64,000 nt of DNA. Source: Tubulanus polymorphus. Lineage: Eukaryota; Animalia; Nemertea. Under the pieces are notes generated by a model, which had not been told where the DNA came from, ran no database searches, and saw only the letters and a list, made by a program, of their open reading frames with translations. Location: positions 19,462,950 to 19,526,949 of the forward strand of contig NC_134029.1 in NCBI RefSeq assembly GCF_964204645.1. Direction: 5' to 3'. The translations under genes and the position numbers were made by a program. How positions within the stretch are numbered: the stretch's first letter is position 1; every line of letters starts with the position of its first letter. Shown piece after piece: positions 61,797-64,000 of the stretch.

Positions 61797-64000
61797 CAAA
61801 TGAAAAATCACGTTCTGTTTTAGTAACGTATTTTAAAAATCACATTTGAGTCGCTTTTTGACCGGGCATTCTCAAGGTGGCAAGATTTTCAAGAATTCAT
61901 TGTAGAAATTAGTCCCTTTCCCCCTCTGGGTGAAATTTTCAGATACCCAAAGCGACTGCATATCGCTAGGTTGATCAAATCTTGGGAGACTATCGCTGAG
62001 ACCGCAAGCATATACATAACTGATATTGTGTTTTCTTCAGTAAGCCCAAAGAGACGTTATGATTATCGATCGGAAATTAACAAGTTTGTGTGTGGCATGT
62101 TGAGACTCTCGAGTATGATGTTGATGCTGATAAATATTAATGATTTCAGTTATTACGTCTTCAGGTGCTTCAACGTAATGACTTGTTATCATTTCCTTTG
62201 AATTTGCCACGATGTTTGCGAATAGCTGGTGATTGGCAGTTAAATTTTATATAGATCTGACGTGTACGCTCTCACGAAGGGTGTGGGCGATATCACAGAC
62301 CTATCGGCTTTTGTAACGTGCTGCCTCCTTCCGCGATCTTCAGAAACTACAAGCGTCTGCTCATGCTCGTATCTACGCCGTAATTGGTCGGCCTGTTTCT
62401 TTTTTATTTGTTTCGAAACTTACTTCTAATTCCGGTCGCCTTCTGATAGATGGCTCTCCGAAACGGCGGCGTGGGCTGTTGGGACTTTTCCGACGAGACA
62501 CGGACGCGTTCTATCGCGGAATAACGAGGAAATTCTATATTAAGCAAACTGCCTTGAAAGATGTTCGAACACGGGACGGTTTATTGCGGCATTCTTTGTC
62601 GGGGTAAATGCTGCGGGGTACCCCGTATACGCCAGAATTGATAAACACAGAAACTCGACACTGCGAGTTGTTTATTACGTTGACTGGTATTAGTGCCGCG
62701 TCGATAATGGTAATATCTACGCTTTCCTTCCGTCTCTAACTTACTTTCTCCTCTTTTGCTCTTATGACAGAATGTTCGTATCGACCGAATAATTTTTATC
62801 GATATATCGGCTGCAGTTGTAATTCCTCCGTGCGACGACGCCGACTGCGATGGCAGCGAAAACGATATTGCAGACGATTATTACTTCGCTTTAATTGAGT
62901 CGCGCGATTCCGATACAATAACGTTCAACTCAACTGCGGTGGAAAAAGAACCGAATCATAAAAATATTGAACGTACTTTGTCTAATTCTCGAATTGCGAC
63001 GGTATTTTCAATATGTAGATCCTTATAATCGGAATATTGAAATCCAGTAGAGGGTAAATGAAAGTTTGAGGTTTTAGTTTTGAATTGGTTACATTCAATC
63101 CTTCAAGAAAAACAACCGTCGCAGACTTGGTCTAGACAATTCAATTCTTTATTGAAATTCAATTCAATTTTTTACTGACACTTATAAATTTTACAATAAA
63201 ACATTTTAGCAATATAATAGCGTCTACAAAGCCAAGAGGGATGACAAGTTATAAAATATATGGAAAAGATATTCAGGATAGACATCGGCCCGAAGGTCCT
63301 CCAAGGTCGGGGTTTCGTATCGTCGACGGTTCCTCTCGTGTCTTCTATCCAGCGTTAACAAGGGATGATGAATCGCGAGCTCCAATGAAGTCCTGGCTGA
63401 CGTCGCTCATTTTGAGGAATTAAATAAAAGAAAATAATTACGTATCATTATTACGAACAATTTTGATTACCAAAGTACACAACTCAAATGGAATAATTCG
63501 CTCCAAATAACTAGTATCCGTAAGGAATATAGGGCTACTACAATTTCATGCCCTGTATACATAGCTTCCCCTGCTGAATGATCTATCAAAGCGCTTATCG
63601 CTTTGCAGCAATATTGCCGATGCGTGATAACACATTGTTTTCACGGATGGTTGCGCACAGACATCACATAATCCGATTGGAATCGAAAAACTTTTCTTTA
63701 CACCGAAACGGGAAGAGGGGAACGGAATCATTTTTTTTTGCGCGCGGCCAGTCATCACTTAAAGACGAAATCGTTTGCATGTCTTCCGTCGTCGCCGTCT
63801 CTCTTTCTTTTGATATTACGATTCACGTGCGCGTCGCAAGCGTATTTGCATATTTGCATTATTTTGACGTTCCCGCCTGTGCAATCAATCATCGAACCTA
63901 GGTGAGTACTGTCCACCAAAATATACACAAGGGAACCGACTGTGCTCACAATCATCGTTTGTTTAATGATGTTTCTGCTGACACAGTATGGCCGCCGCCG

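Noticed and set aside
62150-62174. Possible microexon (tttcag|ttattacgtcttcag|gtgctt)
   Set aside because: Weak donors; cannot be distinguished from background.

Overview
Intron-rich genomic DNA from an invertebrate animal (GT-AG spliceosomal introns, AT-rich, MITE-rich). Bases 132-12335 (+) hold the 3' two-thirds of WDR19/IFT144, an IFT-A subunit. I traced it by hand as 23 phase-consistent exons, 891 aa plus stop; the 5' part lies upstream of the window. Main result: one WDR19 exon is present twice as two divergent 67-nt, same-phase paralogous exons (1768-1834 and 3413-3479), i.e. a mutually exclusive exon pair. The introns just downstream of the two copies are complementary over about 33 bp and compete with local hairpins, suggesting a docking-site/selector RNA switch. 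After WDR19 there is a probable second + strand gene (TATA about 15932, noncoding exon 1, signal-peptide exon 19614-19754). It is followed by more than 40 kb of mostly noncoding DNA containing Harbinger- and hAT-type MITEs, Helentron-type HINEs, LINE tails and at least five families of short Penelope-like elements with minimal hammerhead-ribozyme motifs. Two WDR19 introns also carry an unusual element whose inverted arms are two outward-facing tRNA-like units. All alignments and folds were done by eye; repeat boundaries are approximate.
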